From Harriotta raleighana (Eukaryota): 64,000 bases of DNA. How positions within the stretch are numbered: position 1 is the stretch's first letter; each line of letters opens with the position of its first letter. The notes beneath the pieces were generated by a model. The model saw only the letters and a list, made by a program, of their open reading frames with translations. It had not been told where the DNA came from and ran no database searches. The DNA lies in NCBI GenBank assembly GCA_050575255.1, contig JBNZDD010013618.1, forward strand, positions 2,107,662 to 2,171,661. The letters are read 5' to 3'. The translations under genes and the position numbers were made by a program. This document shows, piece after piece, positions 50,830-62,912 of this stretch.

Positions 50830-52544
50830 TACCTCAGGCCTTTGATTCAATTCTCCTGTCCTTTGGTATCTACCACAATGTATTAGTCAGCAAGATCCTG
50901 AATGGAATAAAACTGCCTTCACATGCTCTTCATGCACAATTGAAAACATTGGTGGGAGCTTATTTCAAGAGTATAATCCATTCATGGTGTAGGTACCATT
51001 AGGAAATTGTCTGGACATCCTGCTCATTGACAGGAGAATTCCTCAACGTGTTGCTGCTTTATAGCATGCTCGTATAATCTTTATGCATATTACTTTTAAT
51101 TAGAAATTGTATTGGATCTCCTCTATCACTGCTGTTATACCGGATCTCATTATGTACAATCTGACATGATTTACTTCTCAAACTGGGGGCTTGCACATTA
51201 TGATATTTAAATGCTCATAATTTATATCCTTGTTATGGTTTCTAAATTTGTGTTCTGCTGGATCTATGAACATAGAGCTTATTGAGCTGGTTACATTTTA
51301 CACTTCATGTATCAGTTAGTGAATATTTTCAAATCCACAGGAGGAATGTGAATGACAAGTCCTGGATACTGCACACATGTGTCTTAGTAGTTTAACATCT
51401 GGGCTTTGTCAGACTTCCTTTATATCGGTGATCAATCAGCCGTTCAGGAGTTAGATTGCATTTGTGTGCCAGTCTTGTAATTATTTGACCTGAGCATGTC
51501 CCATTGAAACCTTGTTTTTTTCTGATCATCCCAAGTAGTACAAAACAATAAAATTTACATTTATATCGCGCCTTTCATGTCGAGAGGAAGTCTCAAAGTA
51601 GGACTGGTGAAAATTCCATTCTTTTTCTTAGCTTGTATCGTCTTCCTGTCTTAATTTCATCCCTGACCACATTGAACCATTCTTTATCTTTCCCTGTAAT
51701 AACACACAAAAAAAACCATTTCCTGAATGAAATGTCAACCTGCATTGCAAGTAATCACCAAGAAAGGGAAATGAAGACATGAAAAAGAAACAATTACCAA
51801 ATAGGAATTACTTATCCGTGGCAGTAAATAAAGCTAGAATAATTACAGGCAAGCTGTTCATAATCTGTTAAATCTGACATTATGCTCCAGCTCATGAATC
51901 AGGTTCACCAGTTAAGCAATTGTTTCTCACCTCTATGATCAGGTTAAAATAGACGTGCAGTAGTGTTACTTGTATGTGGAACACACACCCAATAATAGCA
52001 GCTAACTCCCTTCAAAAAAGGACTGGTTCAGTATTTGCTTCAGAATAATACTGGAGGATGGAGTTGCTGTCTGAAATGGATAAATTCTCTGTGTTCACAA
52101 TGTATTACTGTACTAGTGGGGCAAGAACAGTTCTGCTGTGCAGAGATTATGCAGAAGGATGAATACAATAACATTTTCATAAATCTTATCTTTATAGATT
52201 GTATTATTGTGTAAGTCATACATGCACTCGAGTCCCATTCAGTTTCCTATCAAAACCACTTAAATTTCTTTGCACTTAACATATTAATCATTTTCTAACT
52301 CGGCACTCCCCTACCCTCCATTTCGTCCACACTTACCAACTGTATTGAATCGCAGGAAATTATGCTCTGACTTGTTCATGCATGTGCACTTGCCAGGCAG
52401 CTGCATTGAAAAGAAAAAGTAGTCTTGATCCTTTGATACATGCAGCAGAAGAACCTATCCCACGATTCAATGTGATTCCAACACTTGCTGGTAAATGTGC
52501 ACCCAGCAACAGGCAAGCTGGGTTGAATCACAGGAAACATAGTA

Positions 52545-52951
52545 CAGCAAAACCCCGTTTATCCGGCACCCACGAGACATGGCCAGTGGCAATTAAACGG
52601 TTTTCCGGTTGAACGTTTTTTAAAAAATATTTTAACACTTGCCATATTAATAATAGATTAAATTATAACAGAATATTGTATTAGTACTTTTATTATTTAT
52701 ACTTATCTTTGCAATGGCGGCCCACATCCCACGGAGGGAAAAAAAACGGCAACAGCAGCGACTTTTAAAAGGAGCAGGAGCGAGTTTAGATTAGACTAAC
52801 GCCCAGCCAAGTATCTACACCAGTACTCTCGTGCGACAATCAATTAATTAAATGCATCATCACTGTGCTGTCGAATCGGGACTCTTTTTTTTAGGTACCA
52901 GTTCAACGGGTTTTCCGGTTCATCGAGTAACGGATAAACGGGGTTTTACTG
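52545..52951. mobile_element. MITE family A, 407 bp
   Basis: TA|cagcaaaaccccgtttatccg ... cggataaacggggttttactg|TA. Confidence 0.9.
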
Positions 52952-54089
52952 TATTGATTTGTGCACAGGCTGCATTGAATTACGCATGTGCAGTGTAGAT
53001 AATAATCCTTCCATTTGATATAGCACCTTATCATGTTTTGAGATACTTGATTAAATTAGATTTTATGCGATTTAATCAAATTTACCAGCAACTCAGATTT
53101 TGCGTAAGTCAAATCAACCTTTCAGCTTGCCCTTTCTCTCGCCTCCTTTAAGGTCCATCTCTAAACCTTCCTCTTTGACCACACCTTTTGTCACCTCACC
53201 ACTTGGCCTCCACCTTTCCCAACCCAATCCCCAGCTCAAGTGTAAACCCTTGAGTGTTAGGACATCCTCTGATGTAACAGGTGCTGTATAAGTGCAGCTT
53301 GTTGTTGTGGTGGTGGACGGAGTTAGTGATGATGAACCAAATAGGCTTTTCTCATTCCTTGATTTCATATATTTTTCCTCACTGTCTTTTTGTCAAAGGC
53401 TACAGTCCTTAATAATAATACTTGTATTTGATACAGCTCATTGTCATGTCTTTGAGATGTCTCAAATGCTTCACAGAATATACTGTAGAGTGAATTGACT
53501 ATATATTTTGTGGGGGATCTTTATCAATCAAATACTTAAGGATCTGCTGTAATGCTGTGCACTATGTATAGAAGCTCTGTTTTCGAACAGCATTCCCTTG
53601 TCTTGTATTTTCGGAGAGAGGACAAAGACAAGGGCAGAGCGCTGAATCATTGCTCAGTCTGTATCCTTCAATGGAGGCCCAGACTCATGTGGAGCAGACA
53701 GTCTGCAGAGTGCCAGAAGTAAAGGGGATGGGAGCCAGAAGTGGCCATATAAGGGGTTCCTTTGGCATAATGTAATAGCTCTTCAGACTAATACAGTAAA
53801 TACGATACAGTTGTCCCTTCGCTTGCCACTGATAAAGATGGATGCTGTAAATTTCCAACTAGACTGATGTTTGGATTGGGTTGCACAAAACAAGTGCTCT
53901 AACCACTGAGCTTGAGTTATTTCCTAATCAAACTCATAATAAAGAATCCTAATAGAATTCCCATCTACTACTACAAATATCCCCAATTTCATGTCCTGGA
54001 TCCTTATTAAGGGGACCCATTAAGGAACACTGCAGTTTAGACCTGCTTTTATTTCTGTTTCGTAACGGGAAAAAACAGACTTTTTAATA

Positions 54090-56119
54090 ATATGCATTTA
54101 AAAATCTCTCTTGCAAAAACAAAGGAATAGTTTTTTATATTAGAAATATATATATTTTTTAAAAGGTAGTTTTTCACCACTGCAACTTTTCACATTTGTG
54201 GAAGTTCGACCTAGGTCTAATTTTTTTCTATATACAGGTACATAGCACTTCAGAGTGTATTGATTTTGGTATAATATTGAACTAATTCTTAACTTTCAAA
54301 CCCATTTGCGGTAGTATCAGAGGTGCTATATTTTGAATGAGTTTTTAAACCAAGATCCCATTTGCCTTTTCAGTTGGATGTTAAAGATCCTGCAGCAATA
54401 TTCAAAAACAGAAGGGAGTTACTCCAGGTGTCCTGGCTAACAATCCTCCAGATAAAATTGGCTATTCACATCATGTCTTTGTGCGATATTGCTGCAAATA
54501 AATTGACTGCGATGTTCACATACAAATTTACAATCCTGTAAATTGCTTTGAAATGTTTTGATAACCTAATTCGGCACTAAATCGAATGCAAGGAATTGGA
54601 ATATGCATTTAAAAATCTCTCTTGCAAAAACAAAGGAATAATGTTTTATATTATGAATATATATATTGTTTAAAAGGTAATTTTTCAGCACTTAACCCAC
54701 GTCAATCTCGGGGGTTACGTTCCTGGGAAACTGTGCACTCAACAAAATCGCATTGGAGAAGCTTAAGTAGTAATGGAAAAAGGGGGTTAGGGGAATCCAG
54801 TCGCAGGCTACCCACCTGAAGCCTCCAGCACAACCGATGCAAGGTATCTACTGAGGCGGGCTACAGCTGGCTGGCCCTCTCCTTGCTCCACCCGCCTCAT
54901 CCCACTCTTGTTGCTCCCCTCTGCCTCCCACTCTTCCTGCTCTCGTCTCTCCTACCACCCGGGAAGTGGGCAAATCAGGGCAGCACGGGAGGGAGGCAGA
55001 GAGAAATCGGGGAGAGCGGTGGGCGGGCAGGGGGGGTGGCAACCGAGAACTGCTCTGATCTGGGGGTACTTGGGGAGGTGCTGTGGGAGAGACGATCGGA
55101 GTCGGGGGGACTCGTGGAGGTTCGGGGGAGAGATCTGCTTGGGAGTGGGGGCGTACTCGGGGAGATGGGGGGCAGAGAGTCGATCGGAGGCGGGGGCATT
55201 TGGGGAGGTGCAGGGGAGCGAGCCGATCGGAGGCGGGGGGGACTCGGGGAGGTGGGTGGCAGAAAACCTCTTGGGGGCGTGCGGGGGGGGGGCAGCGAGG
55301 CGCAGACGGTTGGGATGGGAGACACAGAAAGATTACAGCGGCTTTGTTATCACTATTGTATTAATAAAGTGATAACAAAGCAGTAAAGCAACAAAAAAAA
55401 GGAATAAAACAACAGGGTAGATTGGCCTACATTACTGTACGATCCTGTCTATGTCTCTTCTGTTTACCATGCAATGCAATAAGATTTTCCGAGGCCAAAG
55501 CATTTTTGTATTTACCCAGCAATGCAATGCGCACGGGGCCAGCCAGTCAAGGAATCATCAGCTTTAGTCGGGATCTGCCGGCCTCGTCAAAAATGTGCAT
55601 GCGCATGGGACCAGCCAGCCGAGGAATCAGCGGATTTAGTTAGGGGCTATCGGTACAAGTTTTACGCATGCTGCACAAAAAAGTGATGCTTTTGTTTTGT
55701 CGCGTATACTTGAATTCGCAATCGATAAAGTCGCCTTCAACATTGGTTAACTGTACAGGTACATAGCACTTCAGAGTGTATTGATTTTGGTATATTATTG
55801 AACTAATTTTTGACTTTCAAACCCATTTGCGGTAGTGTCAGAGGTGCTGTACTTTGAATGAATTTTTAAACCAAGGTCCCATTTGCCTTTTCAGTTGAAT
55901 GTTAAAGATCCTGCAGCAATATTCAAAAACAGAAGGGAGTTACTCCAGGTGTCCTGGCCAACAATCCTCCAGATAAAATTGGCTATTCACATCATGACTG
56001 TTTGTGTGATATTGCTCTACATAAATTGATTACAATGTTCACCTACAAATTTACAATCTTGTAAATTGCTTTGAAAAGTTTTGATAACCTAATTCGACAC
56101 TAAATCGAATGCAAGGAAT
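54090..56119. repeat. Diverged tandem duplication of a unit of about 510 bp containing a DeuSINE remnant; second copy interrupted by a transposon
   Basis: 54091-54181 matches 54603-54692, and 54233-54596 matches 55754-56119, with scattered substitutions. Confidence 0.92.
54689..55753. mobile_element. Tigger-like non-autonomous element family B (about 1065 bp) with G-rich, CpG-rich interior
   Basis: Left end (cac)ttaacccacgtcaatctcgggggttacgttcc, right end ggttaactg|TA; empty site present in the upstream duplicate. Confidence 0.85.
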
Positions 56120-56130
56120 ATTATTATTTA

Positions 56131-56539
56131 CAGGTAGACTGTACTTAACATTGCCCCGCTTAACGTTAATTAGTTGCTGATACATTGGGAACATATATTC
56201 ATGTAATGTTGCGATGTTCGCTATTACGTCGATTGCGCAGGTGGAAAGGGGGCATGACAGCTCTAAGACCCGTGAGTGAACCAGGCCAGCAACGAGAGAG
56301 ACTAGCAGCGATTGAGTGAGCCGGGCAGGCAGTCAGGGAGAGAGTGAATGAGCCAGGCAGGCAGTCAGGGAGTGAGTATTACGTTTTTTTTTTTTTAAAA
56401 ATTGGATGAAAAATGTCCAAAAGAACCTAACTCCAGTTTTTACATTCATTGCTATGGGAAAATGTATTTGCTTAACGTCTTTTTGCTTAAAGTCGCACAT
56501 TTCAAGAACCAAACTAAGACGTTAAGGAGGGTCTACCTG
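56131..56539. mobile_element. Tigger-like MITE family D (409 bp) inserted at a SINE tail
   Basis: TA|caggtagactgtacttaac ... gttaaggagggtctacctg|TA. Confidence 0.85.
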
Positions 56540-57329
56540 TATTTGAGCATGATATGAAATGTTAAGTAAATAGAGTAAATCTGGAGAAATTTCTTTGTTA
56601 GTCTGGCTGGGCTAGTGAGACAATCTGGGCTAATAGAACGTGGTTCAGACTTGTGGGTCAGTCTGGCCTATTGAGACAGTCTGGGCTATGGGTTTCTCTA
56701 TCTGCAACAGCAAATTGCCCCTTATGATCTGATTTAAACAGGCAACTTTGTGGAACATCAGTCAAACAGTTCTACCAATTCTTTGCAAAGCATTCCAGCA
56801 ATGTGTGTCCCTGATGATAGCACCCGAGGGAGCCCAAGGTGAATTTAAACAACTGTGTGTATGAGGCAACTTACAGCCCTCTAATTGTAAGTTCCGATGC
56901 TACATCATGGGGTACTGGTCTGAGAACACTTTACATCCCAGTACAGAAATGACATTGTGATCCCCCTAATGTCAAATACTGAATGTGCATCCCAGAAGCA
57001 GCTCCCACAATTTTGCGGTGTCGTCGAGAGAGTAAGTGGAATAATAAATCTTAAATACCTCGTGAATGCTTTGCATAATTTTGCTGAAGCAGAGGCAGCA
57101 TTTTGGAATCAAAAGCCGATTAGCTCTCGTGAGCCAGCAGGCAGTGGTTCGTGCTGTTCAAAGCAGATAGAAGTGTGGAATGTTCAGTGCTGACCCAATG
57201 AAAGATTAACTGGTACTTTACAATATTTGTTAATGGCCATTAGAACTGTCAGAAAACCTAACCACACTTGAAGTGTTTTGGACAATAGCACTGCTAATGG
57301 TAATGCTGGCAATTTCCCTGTTTTTGCAG

Positions 57330-58874
57330 GTCACCGCCAGAGGATTTAGTCCATTGTTGCAGTTTGCCTACACTGCTAAGCTATTACTCAGCAGAGATAA
57401 CATCCAAGAGGTCATGTATTGTGCCGAGGTCCTGCGTATGCACAACCTGGAGGACTCCTGCTTTCGCTTCCTGGAGGCCCAGCTCTTTAATGAAAAGGAT
57501 GGCTTCTTTCTCTATACCAAAATGTCAACTTGCCAACGATCAAACGCACAGGGAGATGCGAATTCTGAGGACGAGGAGGAAGAGGAGATGCAATCAGAGA
57601 CTCACAAGATTACCTGTTCAAGGGATCGAATATGCTCAGAGACCCTGGATTTTGACACCTCTAGCAGGCTGTCTGAGAAAGAGCCAACTGTTATATCCAT
57701 CCCTGTTGCAGCAAACGATGTGGGGGAGGAGATTGACAGGGGTCGTTGCCCAAAATACAGGAAATACCAGCTTGCTTGCACCAAGCATATCAATAGCACA
57801 CCACATACGAGTACCTCAGGTTTTCCAAGCACATTTAAAGACCAGTCAGTCAATGCCCAAAGCCAAGGACATAGCAAGGCACAGATAAAATCTGAACCCC
57901 ACGCACTGGAAATTGAAGGAGAAAAGCCTATTGTCCTGTCTGGAAGTGGCGCAGACACCAAGAAGCAGGGGCTTACAGATATGGAGATAGATGTTAAGCA
58001 GTTGAGTCCAATGTCTGTTGGTCGGCCTAAAAGCAGATCTCCTCCTTGCTCAAGGTTTACTAGTAAAAAGGATGCAGATTCTGTAGGGAGTGGAAGTTCA
58101 CTGCAACAACCTTTTGACACCAGAATATCTTGTTCCCTGGAAAAAGGAATCACTCAGGGTGACCTCAAAATGGAATACAGGCCTTACATTGAAAACTATG
58201 GACTGTCCTGCACACCTCAAAGCGAGAACAGTGACTTCGCTTTTGGATCTCCATTGACAGCACCATCTTGTGAAGTTATTTGCAAACAGGAATTGGAATC
58301 GGACAGAAAAAGTGTAATCTTCTCCTCCGGTACCTTGGACAGCACGACTGCTCCTGCTTCACATTCGTATCCCTGCGGTAGCTCGCTAGAGAAGGAACTT
58401 ACCGAGCGAGTGTCAAAGGGTTTGTGGAGTGGTACGAGCCAGTCACTTCCATGTTCAAAGACTTGTGCTCCTGCTGGACTGTCTATGGAACCATTATCAC
58501 CATTTCAGTGTCGAATTCGGCTTAACTGTAGTACCAGCTGCCCAGTACCAATTAAAGTGTGCCCCAGGTCTCCTCCTGAGATTAGGACCAGAACCTCCAG
58601 CTCCTGTTCTTCCTACTCCTTTCCTGAAGATGGAAGTGGTGGTTCTCCTTGTAGTCTGCCCCAATTTGAGTTGTCTACTTCCCCCTGTTCGCAAGTAACG
58701 CACTTCCTGTCTGGAGAACAGCAAGAGCGGGGCGTGATGGCAAACGCAATATACAGACCGTGTAAACCTCCATTGAAGTGTGAGCAGTCCTATGTGACTA
58801 ACTCCAGCGATGAATCTGGATCCTTTTCCGAAGGGGACAGTGAGTCCTGCTCAGCCCGAGAGAGAGGAAATGAG
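57330..58874 (+). CDS. BACH2: BACH2 large internal coding exon (515 codons): rest of BTB domain plus Cys/Ser-rich disordered heme-binding region; bZIP exons not found in the window
   Basis: Acceptor tttttgcag|GTC continues in frame: VTARGFSPLLQFAYTAKLLLSRDNIQEV...MHNLEDSCF. BACH2 hallmarks KYQLACTK, IKSE, KGITQGDLK, SCPVPIKVCPRSPP, RTRTSSSCSSYS, DGSGGSPCSLP, KCEQSY-TNSSDESGSFSE-DSESC. Donor GAG|gtacag at 58875, with an in-frame stop just inside the intron. Confidence 0.97.
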
Positions 58875-59528
58875 GTACAGTAGTAACAGCAATTTTTTAT
58901 CAAGCTATGTTTATGTTTATTAAGGTTGTAAAGGGGAGTGTAAAAGCATCCATGTGCTTTGATAAAAGAGTGATTCTGTAATAGTTTTCAAGAGTTTCAT
59001 TTAGACAAACTGGTAAAATAAATGATCTTGTGGATGAAGTACAGCAGTAATAGTCCTTAATTTTTGTCCTCAAGTCTTAACATTTGAGATGTCTAGAAAT
59101 TGTGAAAAGTCCTATATCAAATGCAAGGATTATTACTACAGTATTAAGATCATTGTTTAAAAAAATGAATTATGTACATTTCTCACATTCAGTCAAAATT
59201 TAGAAGCCAGACACCAGAACATCTCGACTAAAGAACTTCAGAAAAACAACTTTCAAATTAAGATCGAATTTGATTTTCCAAAATTCTATGTGGTCCCACA
59301 TTTTATGACAATGATTTTAAGGCTAAAATAGTGAGTCTTTTGAATCAAATCGACAACAAAAATCATTTGAAGCAGTTCCAAATTGTTTGCATCCCTTGAA
59401 GAGGGAATAAAGGCCAGATTAAATTTAATATGGAATAATGCATCGTGCTTCACATGGGGACAAACAAATCTAGGAAGAGACTATTATTTAAATGGTAAGA
59501 AAATAATTAAGATTCTGAAGGGAATAGA

Positions 59529-59845
59529 TAATAATAATACTAATCTTTGCATTTGATATAGCGCTTTTCACGTCTTCTACATGTCTCAAAGAGCTTCACA
59601 GATGATAGTGTAAAGTGAATTGACTCTACATTTACGGATGAAATGCGGCAGCCAATTGCGCACAGCAGTGTCCCACTAACAGTCTTGGATTGCAGTGACC
59701 AATTAATTACCTTTTTTTCTGGTGAGGGATTATTATCAGGCGTGTGGAGTAAGAAAACGTGCACAAAGTTTCGCCCTGCCAGGAATCAAACCCACGTTTC
59801 TCACTTGCAAGGCGAGTGCTCTAAACCACTGAGCTACATGACTTC
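59529..59845 (-). mobile_element. tRNA-headed SINE (short form), full length, apparently inserted into an old CR1 remnant (about 59440-60220)
   Basis: Reverse complement of the 31972 copy; head gcaaggcgagtgctctaaaccactgagctac. Confidence 0.9.
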
Positions 59846-60539
59846 ACAATGTAGACTAATATGAGCTGTTTTATCTTGCACCAAACAGTAGAACTAGATG
59901 ACACAGCCTGCAATAGGGGTAGAGTGGGGTAAATTGAAAACTAATTTGCAGAAACAAGAACATGTTACATTTGTACAGCTCCTTTCACATCAGGAGTACA
60001 TACCATTACATCACTACATCCCATTAGAGCAAGTAGTAAATTTATGGAACAGCCTAGGGAAACAGTGGAAGATGAAAATGTTGTTTGTTTCAAGCACAAA
60101 TTAGGTCAAATAATATCTCGGGATACAGTGCATAGTTTGGGACACAACGTGTCAAGCAACTGTCAGGATGGTGGAAGGAGAACTAGATGGACCTTGGCCT
60201 TCTTTAGCCTAGCAAATTCTTCTAACCTATCAACAGCAAACCACGGTCATCTTAGACTACTTGCACATGATTATCTTTGCTTCTCCCTGTTAAATAAGTG
60301 TATTGAAGCTGCTCTGTATAGTTCCTGTTGGGGATAGATTTAATGCTTCTCTTATTCATTGATATCTCTTTGGGCTGTGAGAATAGTGAGTTACTTATTC
60401 CCCAAGACGAATGTGCAAATGAACCAAACTTTGGTGCAGGTATTGTGCACTTCTCAAACATGTTTTTTGGCAACAGCTAATTACAAAAGCAGTTCAAGTC
60501 AAAATACAGTTTCAAACCTCACTCAAACATCAAAGACAC

Positions 60540-60945
60540 AATAACAACTTGCATTTGTACAGCACTCTTCAAATGAGATAAAGCTCCTGGAGCACTTCAC
60601 AGTGAAGGAATCCGATGACAAACCAATGGGAGAGGAAGGTGGAGAAGACCATAATCATGATCAAAAAGGAAGGCTTTAGGCAGGATTTGAAGGTGTAGAG
60701 GGAGAGAGTTCCAGAGTTTCAGGGCTGAAGGGATGGTCATCGTTGGTGGAACGGAGGGGACGAGGGACAAACAGAAGGCTGGAGCCAACCAAACGGAGGC
60801 AGTAGATGATGGAGTGGGGTGTAAGCAGGTTGGATAGATAGGGAAATGCAAGCCCGAGTTAACTCTGGTATCACCACCAACAACAACAAAATTACATTTG
60901 ACTAGCACCTTTCACTGCGGGAAGACATCCCTAGGCACTGACAAA
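60540..60945 (-). mobile_element. L2 3' fragments (two tails)
   Basis: acaacttgcatttgtacagc at 60544 and caacaacaacaaaattacatttg at about 60878; KLWNSLP motif in the minus ORF. Confidence 0.7.
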
Positions 60946-61746
60946 TAGTGTACGGTGGAGAAAGGCACCCTTTAAAAATAAAAAATGTTTAAATGGTTAA
61001 ATGATTGAACTAAAAAATTAATCTTACTAATCTGGCACAACATAAGACAGTATAATGGTAGATCCAGCATTGGTTTTAATGAACAGTGGTGTGTTTCACA
61101 AGTTCTGCCTAATTGTCATTTGCTAGTAGGCTAACATGCAGAGTACAGGCCTGAATTTGAGAATGTGTTTTGTGTGTGTTTGAGAAAGTAATTATTTCCA
61201 TTGTACTGTAAATAAACACAGTAAATGTCAGTGAGCTTAAAGTAGAGTATGAGAGTATGTGTTATTTAAAAATAGCGATGTGTAAGGTTGGAAACAATAC
61301 ACTATGGAGGAGGAGGAGGTGGTGGAGGAGGAAGGAAGGAAATTGTTAAAATATTGGATATTGTCTGTGGGAGATCAGTCTTTCAGCTCATTATGTTCTA
61401 TATTAAGTACTCCCAATAAGATTAAATTTATAACTGATGAGTGCAGTCACAAGCTTTAATGTTTATTTGGTTACCACTGTTAATGTAAAGTCATAATTTT
61501 CTGACATGTTTCAGATACATAAATGACAGTAAGTCCAGTTTTCAAAGCACATAGTGTTAACAGTGTTGCAATGGTTTGATATTTAAAGATTAAAAGAAAA
61601 AGCACACTAATATTGGTTTACACTTTCTTGAGTAGGACATTTAATGAGATATTGCTTCCATCACTACAGACTTGCTAACATAACACTCTCCATGTTCAAA
61701 TAGTTCACGTTTGTGAACTTTTCAAGTGAGCTCAGTGATCAACATA

Positions 61747-61904
61747 ATCCTGGCATCACATTACGTTGTTATAGAACTGAACAAGCTGTGTTTTCCAGCC
61801 CGTGAATTGCTGATAGTTTAGAACACTNATCCTGGCATCACATTACGTTGTTATAGAACTGAACAAGCTGTGTTTTCCGTGAATTGCTGATAGTTTAGAA
61901 CACT
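61747..61904. other. About 80-bp duplication around a single N; probable assembly overlap artefact
   Basis: 61747-61827 (81 bp) and 61829-61904 (76 bp) differ only by a 5-bp indel; N at 61828. Confidence 0.85.
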
Positions 61905-62659
61905 AGCTTGTCTGAAGAATTTTCAGAATACAGGAATTTTTCTTGGGTTGCAGGAGGTTCATATTTATTTATTTGAGTATTGCATTAAAACACAGTACAG
62001 TGTAAATACTTTTGTACAGTATTTATCCAGCACTTCTCACATGCGGAAGATGTATCAAAGTACTTCACCACCACTGGCTGTGCGCACCCAAGCTGGGGGG
62101 TAGAATGGCTGAAAGTGTGGTCAAAGAGATAAGTCGTGAGGCAGGCTTTGAACATTGGGTGGAAAATTGCGGATTGTCTAAAATTTTCAATACTACACAA
62201 GTGATTTTCTCCATGCCAATAAATTTTTTAATTTGTGGTCATGTATAGGTCAAAATTTGGCAAGTGATATTATGACTGGTGAACAAATGTGGTAGTAATT
62301 ATCTCTGGCCTTGGTGGTGTGTGGGGGAAGGGGGGAAGTGATCCTTAAACCCATTGATACCAATTCATTGATTTGACCACATTTATGGTCGATGTTACTT
62401 TTATCATGGATGGTAATATCAAATGCAGTAATGTTGATCCCATAATGGGAAGTCAAATGGGAAATAACACTGCATCCCCTCTCTCAGAGGTCAATAAATT
62501 GACTCAGAGTGATAGAATAATCACCAATGTTCAATGGTAGACATTTATTACATTTTTTCTAACTCCTTTCCAAAGACTTATTTTCATCGAACCTCAGATT
62601 TGATCAGAGTTTGAGATTGGGGTTATCCTACAACTCAGCCACCTAGTGGAGTGGTATAT

Positions 62660-62912
62660 CCAGTGTTATATTCAGTGGCTGAACTGTTAACCTACATTGT
62701 GATTGTGTAAAGACTCTTAAAGCTGTTCTCCAAGCCTCAAGCATGGACATTTTAGTACATAGCTGTTTGTGAGACATTGCTGTGCATATATTGCTGTGCC
62801 ACATTCCCCTCAAAAATGACATAGTCACTACACTTTACAGTAAATCCTGTGAAGTGCTTTGAGATGTTTTGATGACATGATAAAGCTCTATATCAAATGT
62901 AAGGATTATTAT
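62660..62912 (+). mobile_element. Degraded DeuSINE-like 3' portion
   Basis: gctgtttgtgagacattgctgtgca...ctgtgaagtgctttgagatg...tatcaaatgtaaggattattatt. Confidence 0.7.

Larger units (their letters stand above)
36714..57329 (+). other. BACH2: BACH2 intron splitting the BTB domain (20,616 bp, GT-AG, phase 0)
   Basis: Canonical splice sites join LPEE to VTARGF in frame. Confidence 0.93.

Noticed and set aside
54848-55386. Gly/Arg/Pro-rich ORFs of 93-167 aa in several frames
   Set aside because: Result of stop-poor G-rich low-complexity DNA inside a transposon.
57364-58724. Overlapping alternative-frame and antisense ORFs (174, 183, 89 and 75 aa)
   Set aside because: Shadows of the BACH2 coding exon with no recognisable domain.
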